Positions 19,790 to 29,769 of a DNA stretch of 64,000 nt are shown here, piece by piece. Within the stretch, counting starts at the first letter, position 1. Every line of letters begins with the position of its first letter. The notes beneath the pieces were generated by a model that was not told where the DNA came from, ran no database searches, and saw nothing but the letters and a program-made list of their open reading frames with translations. Source of the stretch: an uncultured Gammaproteobacteria bacterium (GTDB lineage Bacteria; Patescibacteriota; Patescibacteriia; Patescibacteriales; UBA12465); the NCBI GenBank assembly GCA_964639785.1, contig CAZXEE010000001.1, forward strand, positions 314,556-378,555, given 5' to 3'. The translations under genes and the position numbers were made by a program.

Positions 19790-20410
19790 ATGGAAATCAA
19801 ATTATTAGCGCAAGCTAGAGAATTAAAAGAGAAATTAGCTAAAGACTTCGTCCCGGCAGTATTGTACGGTCCAGGCTTGGCTAACCAGAACCTAAAGGTC
19901 AGACGGATCGAATTAGAGAAGGCTGTAAATGCCGGTGGTGAATCTACTTTAGTAGATTTGGAGATTGATGGTGGAAAATCAGTCAAGGTTTTGCTGAAAG
20001 ATTTGCAATACCATCCTTTGAAAGATACCATTCGTCACGTTGACCTATATCAGGTTGATATGAAGAAGAAGATCACTACCGAAATCCCATTGCACTTTAC
20101 CGGAGAATCAAAAGCGGTTAAGGAGTTGGGCGGCATGTTAGTCAAGAATATGGATGCTATCGAAGTGGAATGTTTACCTACCGACTTAGTTAACCATTTC
20201 GATATCGATTTGACTGTCTTGAAGGAAATCCATGACTCCATCAAAGTTGGCGATTTGAAATTGCCGGCTGGTATGCACACCTTGCAGGATCTTGATACCG
20301 ATATCGCTACCGTTGTTGAACAGGAAGTGGAAGAGGTAGCCGCTCCAGTGGCTGCTCCGGCTGCTACTCCAGCAGCAGCTCCAGCTAAAGGCAAGGAAGA
20401 GAAGAAATAA
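19790..20410 (+). CDS. rplY: 50S ribosomal protein L25 (general stress protein Ctc form) with an Ala/Pro/Lys-rich C-terminal tail
   Basis: N-terminal L25 fold (LKAQARELKEKLAKDFVPAVLYGPG...) plus the Ctc C-domain. The tail is AAPVAAPAATPAAAPAKGKEEKK. Confidence 0.8.
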   Translation: MEIKLLAQARELKEKLAKDFVPAVLYGPGLANQNLKVRRIELEKAVNAGGESTLVDLEIDGGKSVKVLLKDLQYHPLKDTIRHVDLYQVDMKKKITTEIPLHFTGESKAVKELGGMLVKNMDAIEVECLPTDLVNHFDIDLTVLKEIHDSIKVGDLKLPAGMHTLQDLDTDIATVVEQEVEEVAAPVAAPAATPAAAPAKGKEEKK

Positions 20411-20430
20411 TTTAGTTTGGTCTATATAAA

Positions 20431-20460
20431 AAACGCCCCATGTTAGGGCGTTTTTTTGTT
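20431..20460 (+). terminator. Rho-independent terminator
   Basis: aaacgccccatgttagggcgtttttttg. Confidence 0.8.
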
Positions 20461-20524
20461 TCTTTTGTTATTGACAAAAATAGTATTTTTATGTTATTGT
20501 CTTTTTAACTTATAGTTCCTTGTT

Positions 20525-20899
20525 ATGGTTAAAACAGAGTTAGCTTCTGGGCGTATGCCTAATACCGATCTCGGTTATGAACAGCTTGAAGGTCTTTTGG
20601 CTTCATATTATCTGACTTATCAGCATCTTAGAGTTGATAATAGTCATGAATTTGAAAGATTATTCAAGGTACTTAGTAGTTTTTCTAGCAGGTATTCATT
20701 GCAGCCGCCAAATGAAGCAATTACAAACGTTAGGGCTAAAAAAATAAAAGATCGACCGCATCAATTCATTTCTTATTCTTCTGCCCGCAATCATCTGCAC
20801 CTTTTAGGTAGAGATTTCAAGATGATGAAAAAGCCTGAAGATATTCAGGATATGAATCGATTGGTAGGCTTAATCTGCTCTCGCTCTTTTGTTTTTTGA
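20525..20899 (+). CDS. Hypothetical protein (124 aa), transcribed from its own promoter to its own terminator
   Basis: ORF bounded by a TTGACA promoter-like element at about 20473 and a terminator at 20913-20940. No recognisable motif. Confidence 0.3.
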   Translation: MVKTELASGRMPNTDLGYEQLEGLLASYYLTYQHLRVDNSHEFERLFKVLSSFSSRYSLQPPNEAITNVRAKKIKDRPHQFISYSSARNHLHLLGRDFKMMKKPEDIQDMNRLVGLICSRSFVF

Positions 20900-20912
20900 T
20901 TTGAAAGCATCA

Positions 20913-20940
20913 AAAAGCCCGTAAATTACGGGCTTTTTAA
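20913..20940 (+). terminator. Rho-independent terminator
   Basis: aaaaagcccgtaaattacgggcttttt. Confidence 0.8.
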
Positions 20941-20988
20941 TTTAATGCTATTCTTGCTATAATTAAGTATCAATAACATATCTATAAT

Positions 20989-22281
20989 ATGAAAAATCTT
21001 GAATCATGCTTTTCTTTTAATCGTCCTGATTCCAATCAAGAAGAGGACTCTCCGATAAAACCGGGAGAGGTTTTTGATGCTTCTAAGGAGTTATTGGAAA
21101 TAAAGAAAAGCCACGGAGCTGAAGGTCTGGAGCAATTAGCGCTTTTCAAGGAAAAATTGAAGTATCAGAAGGAAGGCTTAGCTATGATTGAAGATAAGCT
21201 GATGGACTATTTACATAATAATTCTGATTTTTCTTTGCCGGATATCAGGGACTTAATAGCTTCAGACCTAGATAAATATGGTTTTGGCCAGGATTTCCGT
21301 GAAAGCATGTTGGATTTTTCCAAGAATTTATTTAACCGTTCTAAGAATATCAAAAAAGTCGTGTCAGAATGCTTGGATGAGGGTGGTAATCTAGATAATG
21401 CTAAGCTTTTCGAAAGATTGTTTTTCCGTCCGCCTTTGGGCGATCTTAAGGTGGAAGTTGATAATATCAGCATTTATGTCCGTTTGAACAATGATGATGA
21501 CTTTGCTTATATAGCTCGTGGCGCTTATAAAAAGAAGCGAGCCATTAATGATGTTGATCGGGAAGTTGCCCAGTCAACTGGCGGATTGGCGCTCAGCGAT
21601 TATCCTAGCGCTAAATTAAGAGGGCTGATCTTGGTGGAGTGTCCGGATTATTATGAAAACGAAAATGTCCATCAGGAAACCAAGCTGCATGAACAGCAGC
21701 ATGCTTTTAATTTTCTTTTGAAAAAATTCGAGTTCTCTGATTATGAACTGGGGTTGAAGAAATTAACCGCCTTTAATGAGTCTAATGATGAAGAATTGGA
21801 TGAGGACGAGAAGGGTAATAATTCAATCATGTTCTTGATCAATAATCCAAGAATTGAGGCAGCCATTAAAGATGAGATTACCGCTTATTTAAAGGGCCGA
21901 ACCGACACGAAAGAAATCAGCAATGCCTTGTTGTCGCCGGACACTATCTATGATTTTGGGTCTGGGTATAATTTGCCGGATATTACTGATAGCGACGGTT
22001 CTCTGAGCTATAAATACATGAAGTTGGTAGAGCAGGGTCTTATTGCTTTTGCTAAGCTGCAAGAAGAAGGCTATCCTTATGAAGCAGTCCATGCTGTCTT
22101 GTTTTCTGAACCTTTGGCCTTTTGGTTGAAGGCGGCCCAGAGGATCGATGGAGAAAAGATCAGTCCGGAAAAATTTAAAGAATTGGAGGAAAAATATATT
22201 GCGCCTCACATTCTGGAAAATATGATTAATACTAAAAAGAGTGAGATGGATGAGGTGATCGACACGTCAGAAGAAGCTTAG
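20989..22281 (+). CDS. Hypothetical protein (430 aa) with an HExxH motif (putative zincin-like); acidic
   Basis: LHEQQHAFNF carries H-E-x-x-H. A TGcTATAAT element lies at about 20954-20962. It has its own terminator. Confidence 0.45.
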   Translation: MKNLESCFSFNRPDSNQEEDSPIKPGEVFDASKELLEIKKSHGAEGLEQLALFKEKLKYQKEGLAMIEDKLMDYLHNNSDFSLPDIRDLIASDLDKYGFGQDFRESMLDFSKNLFNRSKNIKKVVSECLDEGGNLDNAKLFERLFFRPPLGDLKVEVDNISIYVRLNNDDDFAYIARGAYKKKRAINDVDREVAQSTGGLALSDYPSAKLRGLILVECPDYYENENVHQETKLHEQQHAFNFLLKKFEFSDYELGLKKLTAFNESNDEELDEDEKGNNSIMFLINNPRIEAAIKDEITAYLKGRTDTKEISNALLSPDTIYDFGSGYNLPDITDSDGSLSYKYMKLVEQGLIAFAKLQEEGYPYEAVHAVLFSEPLAFWLKAAQRIDGEKISPEKFKELEEKYIAPHILENMINTKKSEMDEVIDTSEEA

Positions 22282-22293
22282 GTATAATAATTT

Positions 22294-22328
22294 AAAAAAA
22301 CTATCAGATTGCTGATAGTTTTTTTGTT
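22294..22328. terminator. Bidirectional terminator between convergent genes
   Basis: aaaaaaactatcagattgctgatagtttttttg. Confidence 0.75.
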
Positions 22329-22335
22329 TTTCAAA

Positions 22336-23193
22336 TTATTTTATCTTGGCAACTATTATCCTGTCTTGCTGTCGGAAATCTTTCAATATCTCTATTTCAG
22401 CTCTAGGCCAATCATCTTTGATCAACTGGGTGATGGTTTCTGTTTGTCCCGGGTCTATCTCCAGGACTAGGGAAATGCTGGGAGCTTCAACTGTAGTTAA
22501 TTGGCTGAGCATCCGACGGTATAGGTCCAATCCATCGATTCCAGAAATCAAAGCAGTCTTTGGTTCTTTCTGGATGGAAGGTGAGTTTTTGACTTGGGCT
22601 GGGGTTAGGTAAGGCAGGTTGGCTAGAATGATCAGGGGGCAGGAAAATCCTTGTTTGATGATGGGAGAAAGGAGATCGTCGTGCTGGAAGAGTATCTTTT
22701 GGTTTAGGTTATGACGCTCGGCATTTTTCTTAGCTATTTTGAGAGCTTCCTTGGATCTTTCTATCGCTTGGTATTCTGTTTCGGCGTTCCGGTTGTTCTT
22801 GGCCACCGCGATAATGATACAGCCGGAACCGGTACCAGTCTCAATTACTTTCACCGGCCCTTCTGAAGGGATCAGCTTCAAAGCCGATTCTACTAACAGC
22901 TCGGTTTCCGGGCGGGGAATCAAGGTATGGCGGTTGACGAGGAAGTCTAGGCCGAAGAATTCTTGGTGTCCGGTTAGATAAGCAGTGGGCCAATTACTGG
23001 TCTTGAGGTTGATGAGGCGCCAGTATTTGATTATTTGCAAAGGAGTCAGCCTTTGTTCCGGATGAGCCAGCAGGAAGACCCGATCTTTTCCTAAGACCAC
23101 AGCTAGAAGCAGTTCTGCTTCCAGGGCAGGCCGGTCGACCTGTTTTTGTTCCAGTCTCTTGGTATTATTTTGGAGAGCTTGTTTGATAGTCAT
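22336..23193 (-). CDS. prmC: Release factor glutamine N5-methyltransferase
   Basis: SAM motif IETGTGSGCIIIA and the NLPY (NPPY-class) motif in LIILANLPYL. It lies downstream of prfA. Confidence 0.8.
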   Translation of the reverse strand: MTIKQALQNNTKRLEQKQVDRPALEAELLLAVVLGKDRVFLLAHPEQRLTPLQIIKYWRLINLKTSNWPTAYLTGHQEFFGLDFLVNRHTLIPRPETELLVESALKLIPSEGPVKVIETGTGSGCIIIAVAKNNRNAETEYQAIERSKEALKIAKKNAERHNLNQKILFQHDDLLSPIIKQGFSCPLIILANLPYLTPAQVKNSPSIQKEPKTALISGIDGLDLYRRMLSQLTTVEAPSISLVLEIDPGQTETITQLIKDDWPRAEIEILKDFRQQDRIIVAKIK

Positions 23194-23229
23194 GGTTATA
23201 ATTAAAATCCCGAATAGATCGGGATTTTT

Positions 23230-24267
23230 TTATCTTTCTAAGTTCTGTTTCAAAGCGTTGACGATCTCATCCAGATCGCCTTCCAGGATAGTGGAGATAT
23301 TATGCCAGGATTCTCCGATCCGGTGATCGGTTATCCGGTCCTGCGGGAAATTGTATGTCCTAATCTTGTCGCTGCGGTCACCGCTGCCGACTTGAGTTTT
23401 CCTTTCTTCCGATTCCTTGGCTTGGCGGTCTTCCTCGATCTTGGCTAACAAGCGGGAACGTAAGACCTGCAAAGCTTTTTCTTTGTTCTGATGCTGCGAT
23501 TTCTGGTCTTGGCAGCTGACAATCATGCCGGTTGGGATATGCAGGACCCTGACAGCGGAATAGGTGGTGTTAACGCTCTGGCCGCCCGGTCCGGAGGAAC
23601 AGAAGGTATCGATGCGGACATCGCTCATCTTGATTTCTAGATCGACTTCTTCCGCTTTAGGCAAAACGACGACGGTCGAGGTTGAAGTATGGATCCGGCC
23701 TTGCTTTTCGGTCTCCGGGACTCTTTGGACGCGGTGGGTGCCGGCTTCGTATTTGAAGAGGCCATAGGCGCCGGAGCCTTTGATTTCGAAAATGATTTCT
23801 TTGTAGCCGCCTAGGCCCATCGGGCTGGAGTTCAGAATGTCGATTTTCAGGTTATGTTTTTCAGCGAAACGGGTGTACATCCGGAAAAGGTCAGCAGTGA
23901 AGAGAGCTGATTCGTCGCCGCCGGTACCGCCACGGATTTCGATAATGGCGTCTTTCTTGTCATTAGGGTTGGCTGGGTGCAGTTCCTCCTTGATGGCTAT
24001 TTCCAATTTAGCGGCTTTGTCTTCCAGTTCTCTGATTTCATCTTCGGCCATCTTCTTGAGTTCCGGGTCGGTCTCAGTCTTGAGCATTTCCTGGTTTCCG
24101 GCCAAGTTTTCCTGGGCCTTTTCTAAATCTAAAATCAACTCATAGGCAGTCTTGAGGTTGGAGTGTTCTTTGGAAATCTTAGTCATCTCGTTCCGGTCAT
24201 TCATCAATGCCGGGTCGGACAGCTTAGCTTCCAGTTCTTTGAATTTTTGCTTGATATCTTCGTACAT
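23230..24267 (-). CDS. prfA: Peptide chain release factor 1
   Basis: GGQ motif ([12 protein letters not shown]) and the RF1-type P-x-T tripeptide ([14 protein letters not shown]). Confidence 0.9.
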   Translation of the reverse strand: MYEDIKQKFKELEAKLSDPALMNDRNEMTKISKEHSNLKTAYELILDLEKAQENLAGNQEMLKTETDPELKKMAEDEIRELEDKAAKLEIAIKEELHPANPNDKKDAIIEIRGGTGGDESALFTADLFRMYTRFAEKHNLKIDILNSSPMGLGGYKEIIFEIKGSGAYGLFKYEAGTHRVQRVPETEKQGRIHTSTSTVVVLPKAEEVDLEIKMSDVRIDTFCSSGPGGQSVNTTYSAVRVLHIPTGMIVSCQDQKSQHQNKEKALQVLRSRLLAKIEEDRQAKESEERKTQVGSGDRSDKIRTYNFPQDRITDHRIGESWHNISTILEGDLDEIVNALKQNLER

Positions 24268-24356
24268 AAAAAGGAGTTTTATAAAAAATTGGCCTCCCGA
24301 TAATTATAGTTTGATGCAAGATAAAACTACAATTATAGAGAGGCCAATTATCGTAT

Positions 24357-24641
24357 TTATTTCTGGTTCTTGGCAGCTTTCTTGGTGGCGAGGGCAGCTC
24401 TTTTGACTTTCTTACCTTTGCGGAGTTCAGCAGCTTCTTTCTGTTTGCTGACCTTAGCATTGAATTTCTCGGCCCGTCCAGCAGCATCGACTAATTTCTG
24501 TTTGCCAGTGTAGAAAGGATGGCATTTGGAACAAAGATCAGTCTTGATCTCAGGATCGGTTGAACCGGTTTCAAAAGTATTACCACAAGCGCATGATGCA
24601 GTGATCTTACTGTTGTATTTTGGGTGTATGTCTTTTTTCAT
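24357..24641 (-). CDS. rpmE: 50S ribosomal protein L31
   Basis: [27 protein letters not shown]...[10 protein letters not shown] is the L31 zinc-ribbon pattern. The start is placed at the MKK two codons inside the track ORF. Confidence 0.85.
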   Translation of the reverse strand: MKKDIHPKYNSKITASCACGNTFETGSTDPEIKTDLCSKCHPFYTGKQKLVDAAGRAEKFNAKVSKQKEAAELRKGKKVKRAALATKKAAKNQK

Positions 24642-24784
24642 AGTCATTATAAAAAGCGAGAAAAACCATTCAGAGGAGTTCTATCGCTTAATTATTCGCT
24701 TATTTTTTGATAGATTTAGAATATCATAGTAATAAAATTTAATCAAGAGGAGGGGCCATAATCGTTTATTTTTGTAAAATAGGG

Positions 24785-24814
24785 TTTGAAAAATAAGATT
24801 TAGGGTGTTATGAT
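24785..24814 (+). promoter_or_regulatory. Promoter TTTGAA-18-TGtTATGAT (extended -10) for the rfbB operon
   Basis: The agggtgttatgat motif is identical to the one at 10409-10423. Confidence 0.4.
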
Positions 24815-24845
24815 GTTAAAAACTATTAATTAATGTCATAAAAAT

Positions 24846-25817
24846 ATGAAAATACTCGTTACCGGCGGCGCCGGCTTTATCGGTTCTAATTTTATCCATT
24901 ATTGGCTGCGCTCCTATCCGGATGATTCAATCGTTAATCTGGATAAGCTGACTTATGCCGGAAATCTGGACAATCTGAGAGGATTAGAGACTAACACCCG
25001 CTATGAATTCGTCCAGGGTGATATCTGCGACTTTGATTTGGTTGATAATCTGATCAAATCCAAGGGAATCGATCTGATCATCCATTTTGCGGCTGAGAGC
25101 CATGTTGACCGGTCGATCAAGAACAGCGCTGAGTTTATCCATACTAATGTTGAGGGAACTAGAGTCTTATTGGAAGCAGCCCGCTTGAATGGCAATATCC
25201 GTTTCCATCATATCTCGACCGATGAAGTGTTCGGCGCTCTCCAGCCGGAAGACCCTAAGTTCGATGAGAAGACACCATATGACCCGCATTCTCCTTACAG
25301 CGCTTCCAAGGCTTCCTCAGACCATCTAGTCCGCGCCTATTACCATACCCACGGTCTGCCGATCACTATTTCCAATTGTTCCAACAATTATGGTCCGCGC
25401 CAATTCCCGGAAAAGTTGATCCCTCTTTTCGTAACTAATCTGATCGAGGGCAAGAAGGTGCCGGTCTATGGCCAGGGCCAGAATATCCGTGATTGGATCT
25501 ATGTCGATGACCATAATCGCGGGGTGGATTTCATCATCCACAAAGGCAAGATCGGTGAGACATATTGCTTGGGCGGAAACAATGAATTGACCAATATGCA
25601 GATTACTAATGACATCCTGAGTATCATGGGTAAGGGGGAAGAGTCAATCGAATATGTGACCGACCGTCCGGGCCACGATTTCCGTTATGCTATAGATTTT
25701 GCTAAGGCTAAAGCGGACTTAGGTTGGGAGCCTCAGGTTGATTTTGCTACCGGCTTGAAGATGACTGTCGAATGGTATCAGAATAATCCGGAGTGGTGGC
25801 AGAAGTTAAAGAAATAA
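24846..25817 (+). CDS. rfbB: dTDP-glucose 4,6-dehydratase
   Basis: MKILVTGGAGFIGSNFIHYW with the YxxxK SDR. Length 323 aa. Confidence 0.9.
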   Translation: MKILVTGGAGFIGSNFIHYWLRSYPDDSIVNLDKLTYAGNLDNLRGLETNTRYEFVQGDICDFDLVDNLIKSKGIDLIIHFAAESHVDRSIKNSAEFIHTNVEGTRVLLEAARLNGNIRFHHISTDEVFGALQPEDPKFDEKTPYDPHSPYSASKASSDHLVRAYYHTHGLPITISNCSNNYGPRQFPEKLIPLFVTNLIEGKKVPVYGQGQNIRDWIYVDDHNRGVDFIIHKGKIGETYCLGGNNELTNMQITNDILSIMGKGEESIEYVTDRPGHDFRYAIDFAKAKADLGWEPQVDFATGLKMTVEWYQNNPEWWQKLKK

Positions 25818-25818
25818 T

Positions 25819-26670
25819 ATGAAAGTATTGATCATCGGGTCTCAGGGAAACCTGGGCAGCCAATTAGTCAAAACTTTCGGTTCCGAGGCAATCGCTTGGG
25901 ACAGGGAAGATTTGGATATTACTGACAGGGAGGCTGTTTTGGAAAAGATCACAGCTTTAAGGCCAGACATAATCATCAATGCCACGGCCTATAACGCGGT
26001 TGATAAATGTGAAGAGACTGAGATGGAGAATGAACTGGCCAAGAAGTTGAATGGCGCTGCGGTGGGCTATTTAGCTGAAGCGGCCTTGGAAACCAATGCT
26101 ATTTTGGTCCATTATTCTACTGATTACGTCTTTGATGGGGAAAACCAGCGCGGTTATTATGAAAACGACGTTCCTGACCCGATTAACAATTATGGCCGGA
26201 GCAAATTATTAGGAGAACAGAACTTGTATACCAAAAGTGCACAAGGTTTGAAATATTATCTGATCAGGACCTCGAAACTCTTCGGTCCCAAGGGGCCGAG
26301 CTCGGTGTCTAAGCCGAGTTTCTTCGATATCATGCTTAATTTATCCAAGGAAAAGCCGGAGTTGAAGGCGGTTGATGCCGAACTGAGCTGCTTTACTTAT
26401 ACCGTCGATTTGGCGGCTCAGACCAAGGAATTATTATCAAATGATTATTCCTTCGGCGTCTATCACGTGGTAAATGGCGGTCCGGTTACCTGGTATGAGG
26501 CGGCTACCAAGCTATTTGAAATTGCTGGCATCCGTGTTAAACTGATGGCAGTTCCGAGCCAGGCTTTCCCACGTCCGGCTCTTCGACCGAACTATTCGGT
26601 TTTGCTTAATACTAAAATGCCGCCCTTGAGAGATTTCTCGGAGGCGTTAGCTGAATATTTAAATTTATGA
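25819..26670 (+). CDS. rfbD: dTDP-4-dehydrorhamnose reductase
   Basis: [16 protein letters not shown] RmlD-type N-terminus. Length 283 aa. Confidence 0.75.
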   Translation: MKVLIIGSQGNLGSQLVKTFGSEAIAWDREDLDITDREAVLEKITALRPDIIINATAYNAVDKCEETEMENELAKKLNGAAVGYLAEAALETNAILVHYSTDYVFDGENQRGYYENDVPDPINNYGRSKLLGEQNLYTKSAQGLKYYLIRTSKLFGPKGPSSVSKPSFFDIMLNLSKEKPELKAVDAELSCFTYTVDLAAQTKELLSNDYSFGVYHVVNGGPVTWYEAATKLFEIAGIRVKLMAVPSQAFPRPALRPNYSVLLNTKMPPLRDFSEALAEYLNL

Positions 26671-27392
26671 AAGGCATAATTCTTTCTGGTGGCAGCGCTA
26701 CCAGGCTTCGTCCTTGTACCAAGGTGACTTCCAAGCAGTTGTTGCCGGTCTATAATCGTCCGATGATCTATTATCCTCTGAATACCTTGATCAAAGCCGG
26801 TATCAAAGAGATCATGATCATTGTCGCGCCGGAAAGAGCTGGCGATTACCTGAATCTTTTGGGTAGCGGCAAGGAATTCGGAGTCAAGTTTACCTATGAA
26901 GTCCAAGACAAGCCGGAAGGCTTGGCCCAAGCCTTCATCATCGGCGAAACCTTTATCGAAGACGATTCGGTCTGTATGATCTTGGGAGACAATATCTTTG
27001 AGGATGATCTTTCGGAAAGCGTCAAAAGTTTCAAGTCCGGGGCTAAAGTATTCGCTAAGCAGGTTAAGGATCCGGAGAGATTTGGAATCGTTGAATTCGA
27101 TGAGAATATGAAAGCGATCTCGATTGAAGAGAAGCCGGCTCAGCCGAAATCTAACTATTGCGTAACCGGTATGTATGTCTACGACAACAGAGTGGTTAAT
27201 GTCGCCAAGAATTTGAAACCATCGGCTCGAGGAGAGTTAGAGATTACCGATATCAACAAGTGGTATTTAGAGCAGGGAGAGTTAGAGGTGGCTATGATCG
27301 ATGGCGCTTGGATCGATGCCGGGACATTCGATAGCTTATTGGAAGCCCAGAATCTGGCGAAAGAGAAGCTACAAAGCAAATTGATAATCTAG
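26667..27392 (+). CDS. rfbA: Glucose-1-phosphate thymidylyltransferase (short form, 241 aa)
   Basis: [41 protein letters not shown] matches the RmlA signature G-x-G-[ST]-R-L. Confidence 0.75.
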   Translation: MKGIILSGGSATRLRPCTKVTSKQLLPVYNRPMIYYPLNTLIKAGIKEIMIIVAPERAGDYLNLLGSGKEFGVKFTYEVQDKPEGLAQAFIIGETFIEDDSVCMILGDNIFEDDLSESVKSFKSGAKVFAKQVKDPERFGIVEFDENMKAISIEEKPAQPKSNYCVTGMYVYDNRVVNVAKNLKPSARGELEITDINKWYLEQGELEVAMIDGAWIDAGTFDSLLEAQNLAKEKLQSKLII

Positions 27393-27409
27393 GAAATAGA
27401 AAAAGCCTT

Positions 27410-27438
27410 TCTGATGAAAGGCTTTTTTAGTACGTTTT
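27410..27438. terminator. Bidirectional terminator
   Basis: aaaaagcctttctgatgaaaggctttttt. Confidence 0.8.
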
Positions 27439-27452
27439 TGTTTTTCGAAAGA

Positions 27453-27677
27453 TTAGAAGAAGTTAGAGCAAGGCATCGGTTTAGCTCTGACAACTCTTTT
27501 TTTCAGGCCGCTTTTTTTGTGGCACTTGTATGTGCTGACGGCTTTTTTCTTCGAATGTTTGCTGTTGGTTAATGGCTTTTTTGATGCTCCTTTGAAAGGA
27601 CTGTTACCGGCCATTATAGGGGTGGAGAGGGTAAGCGTAAAAATGCTGATCAGGAACAAGGCAATGAACTTTTTCAT
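27453..27677 (-). CDS. Small secreted basic Cys-containing protein (74 aa)
   Basis: Signal peptide MKKFIALFLISIFTLTLSTPIMA. Strong SD (GGAGGA) 7 nt upstream on the minus strand. Lys-rich mature part with 2 Cys. Confidence 0.5.
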   Translation of the reverse strand: MKKFIALFLISIFTLTLSTPIMAGNSPFKGASKKPLTNSKHSKKKAVSTYKCHKKSGLKKRVVRAKPMPCSNFF

Positions 27678-27842
27678 TTTTTTATCCTCCGTGTTTTGTT
27701 ATTATTTGTACTGTTTTCGATGGTGAGACTATATCATAAAGATAGCAATTTGTCAAGATATTGGAATCTTGTCTGGCTTTTTCTCTGGTTTTTGCCTATT
27801 TTTGTTAAATCTGGTATAGTAGTCACATAATATACTACGCAT

Positions 27843-29126
27843 ATGAATAAAAAAACTTTATCTAATCAAGCAGTCAAAGGCATGGCCGATTGGCTACCGG
27901 AAGAATTAGCAGTCAGGCGATATATCTTTGATACCTGGAGACGGGTCTGCCTGTCTTATGGCCTCGAAGAATATCTGACTCCAGTCTTGGAGAGCGCCGA
28001 GATCTATCGAGCCAAGAGTGGCGATGATGTCGGCAACAAAGAGTTGATGGTCTTTGTCGATCAGGGAGGCCGGGAACTGGCTTTGCGCCCAGAGATGACT
28101 CCCTCGGTCACCAGATTAGTCTCCAAGATTTATGATACTTGCCCGAAGCCGATCAAATATTTTTCCATCGCTAATTTCGTCCGGAACGAGAAACCGCAGC
28201 GCGGCCGTAATCGGGAATTCTGGCAATTGAATTGCGATATCTTCGGCAGCTCCAGCTTGTCCTCTGATATTGAGATCCTGACCTTGGCTTTGGATTTGGT
28301 GTTAGCTTTCAATCCGCCAGCCGATTCTTTTGTTCTATCTCTCAATCACCGCCATCTATTGGATGACTTTTTGTCATTGCTCAAGGTTAATCATGAGAAG
28401 AAATTGGCAGTGGCTCGGATATTGGATAAGTACTTGAAGCTGAGCGCAGCTGATTTCTCCAAATGCTTGAGCGATCTAGGATTAGATAGCGAACAGATCA
28501 AGACCATTATCAAATTCATGACAGCCATCAGTTTGGATGACCTGAAACATCGTTTACCTGAACTAGCGGAGAGTGAAGGCTTGAAAGATTTGGAAAAGAT
28601 TATGGCCGCTCTCAAGAAGGCTGGTTACCAGAAGCACATCGAATTCAAGCCGAGCGTTATCCGCGGTTTTGATTATTATGATGGTTTGATCTTCGAGATG
28701 TTCGACAAGCATCCGGATAATAATCGGGCGATGTTCGGTGGCGGCCGTTACAACGGTTTGGCCGAACTTTTCGGAGCTAAGAGCTTCCCGGCTATCGGTT
28801 TCGCTCCGGGCGATGAAACGACTAAATTATTCCTAGAGAGCTGGGGCTTGCTTAAGAAGTTGGATTTGAGCGATGAGCATAAATATTATTTGCCTTTATT
28901 AAGTCCTGATTTAGAAATGGAAACTTTCAAGCTGGCCAAGAAACTTCGGGCTAAGGGTCTGAATATCGCTATGGGCTTGGAAGTAGCCAAGGTTGGCAAG
29001 GCCTTGGAGTATGCTAACAAGAAGGGCATTTCCCAGGTTATTATTTTTGGTGATGATGAAGCAGCCAAGAAGATCTATAAGATCAAGAACATGAAGAGCG
29101 GGTCTGAGAAGAAGGTTAAATTATAA
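27843..29126 (+). CDS. hisS: Histidine--tRNA ligase
   Basis: Class II aaRS motifs. The N-terminus resembles bacterial HisRS. Length 427 aa. Confidence 0.85.
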   Translation: MNKKTLSNQAVKGMADWLPEELAVRRYIFDTWRRVCLSYGLEEYLTPVLESAEIYRAKSGDDVGNKELMVFVDQGGRELALRPEMTPSVTRLVSKIYDTCPKPIKYFSIANFVRNEKPQRGRNREFWQLNCDIFGSSSLSSDIEILTLALDLVLAFNPPADSFVLSLNHRHLLDDFLSLLKVNHEKKLAVARILDKYLKLSAADFSKCLSDLGLDSEQIKTIIKFMTAISLDDLKHRLPELAESEGLKDLEKIMAALKKAGYQKHIEFKPSVIRGFDYYDGLIFEMFDKHPDNNRAMFGGGRYNGLAELFGAKSFPAIGFAPGDETTKLFLESWGLLKKLDLSDEHKYYLPLLSPDLEMETFKLAKKLRAKGLNIAMGLEVAKVGKALEYANKKGISQVIIFGDDEAAKKIYKIKNMKSGSEKKVKL

Positions 29127-29130
29127 TCAT

Positions 29131-29646
29131 ATGAGGAAGAAGATTATTTTGATTTTCTTAGTTATTTCCCTGATAGTTCTATTTTTCTTGTTTTCCCAAG
29201 AGGCCGGCGGATGGAAGAATCGTCAGCCGGAATTCCAATCAGCGGTAACTGCTACGCCTCTGACAGTCTCGGTCTTTTTTGGGAACACCAATAACGATCC
29301 TGATGTCTTGAATTGCGGCACTACTTATCCGGCTAGCCGCCAGATAAAATCAGAGGGTGATAAATACTTGGCTGTCCTGGCTGAGCTTTTAAACGGTCCG
29401 ACTAATACTGAAAAAGACCAAGGCTTCTTTACCGCTATCAATTCCGGAATCAAGTTGCCGGAGGTAGTTTTGACGGATGGCGTCATGACTGTCAATTTCG
29501 CTTCTGATATCGAAACGGCTGTCGGCGGTTCTTGCCGGGTAGCGGCTATCCGTTCCCAGATTGAGAATACTTTGAAGCAGTTTCCGGAGGTTAAAGAGGT
29601 GATTATTGCTGTCGATGGGCGAATAGCGGATGCCTTGCAACCCTGA
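29131..29646 (+). CDS. Secreted GerMN-domain protein
   Basis: N-terminal TM/signal, then a GerMN-like C-terminal pattern ...SQIENTLKQFPEVKEVIIAVDGR. Confidence 0.5.
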   Translation: MRKKIILIFLVISLIVLFFLFSQEAGGWKNRQPEFQSAVTATPLTVSVFFGNTNNDPDVLNCGTTYPASRQIKSEGDKYLAVLAELLNGPTNTEKDQGFFTAINSGIKLPEVVLTDGVMTVNFASDIETAVGGSCRVAAIRSQIENTLKQFPEVKEVIIAVDGRIADALQP

Positions 29647-29675
29647 TTGACAAAAGCTGTATAAAATATTAATAT
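29647..29675 (+). promoter_or_regulatory. Consensus-like promoter TTGACA-17-TAATAT
   Basis: A perfect -35 and a near-consensus -10 immediately after the GerMN stop. Confidence 0.5.
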
Positions 29676-29693
29676 ATCCTGTTAATAGTATAA

Positions 29694-29720
29694 AAGAATT
29701 ATCTGATGATAATTCTTTTT
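29694..29720 (+). terminator. Perfect 10-bp hairpin plus T-tract. Either the terminator of the hisS-GerMN unit or a leader attenuator for the downstream NDK-like gene.
   Basis: aagaattatc tgat gataattctt followed by ttt. Confidence 0.5.
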
Positions 29721-29769
29721 AGTAAGTAAGTTCTTTTTATAAACAACCAACATAAAAAAGGAGGGTACC

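Noticed and set aside
23200-23230. Hairpin aatcccgaatagatcgggatttttt between prfA and prmC as an operon-internal terminator
   Set aside because: The T-tract is on the plus strand, while the flanking genes are on the minus strand. On the minus strand the U-tract is weak. It may act as a partial attenuator or bidirectional terminator, but the evidence is insufficient to call it.
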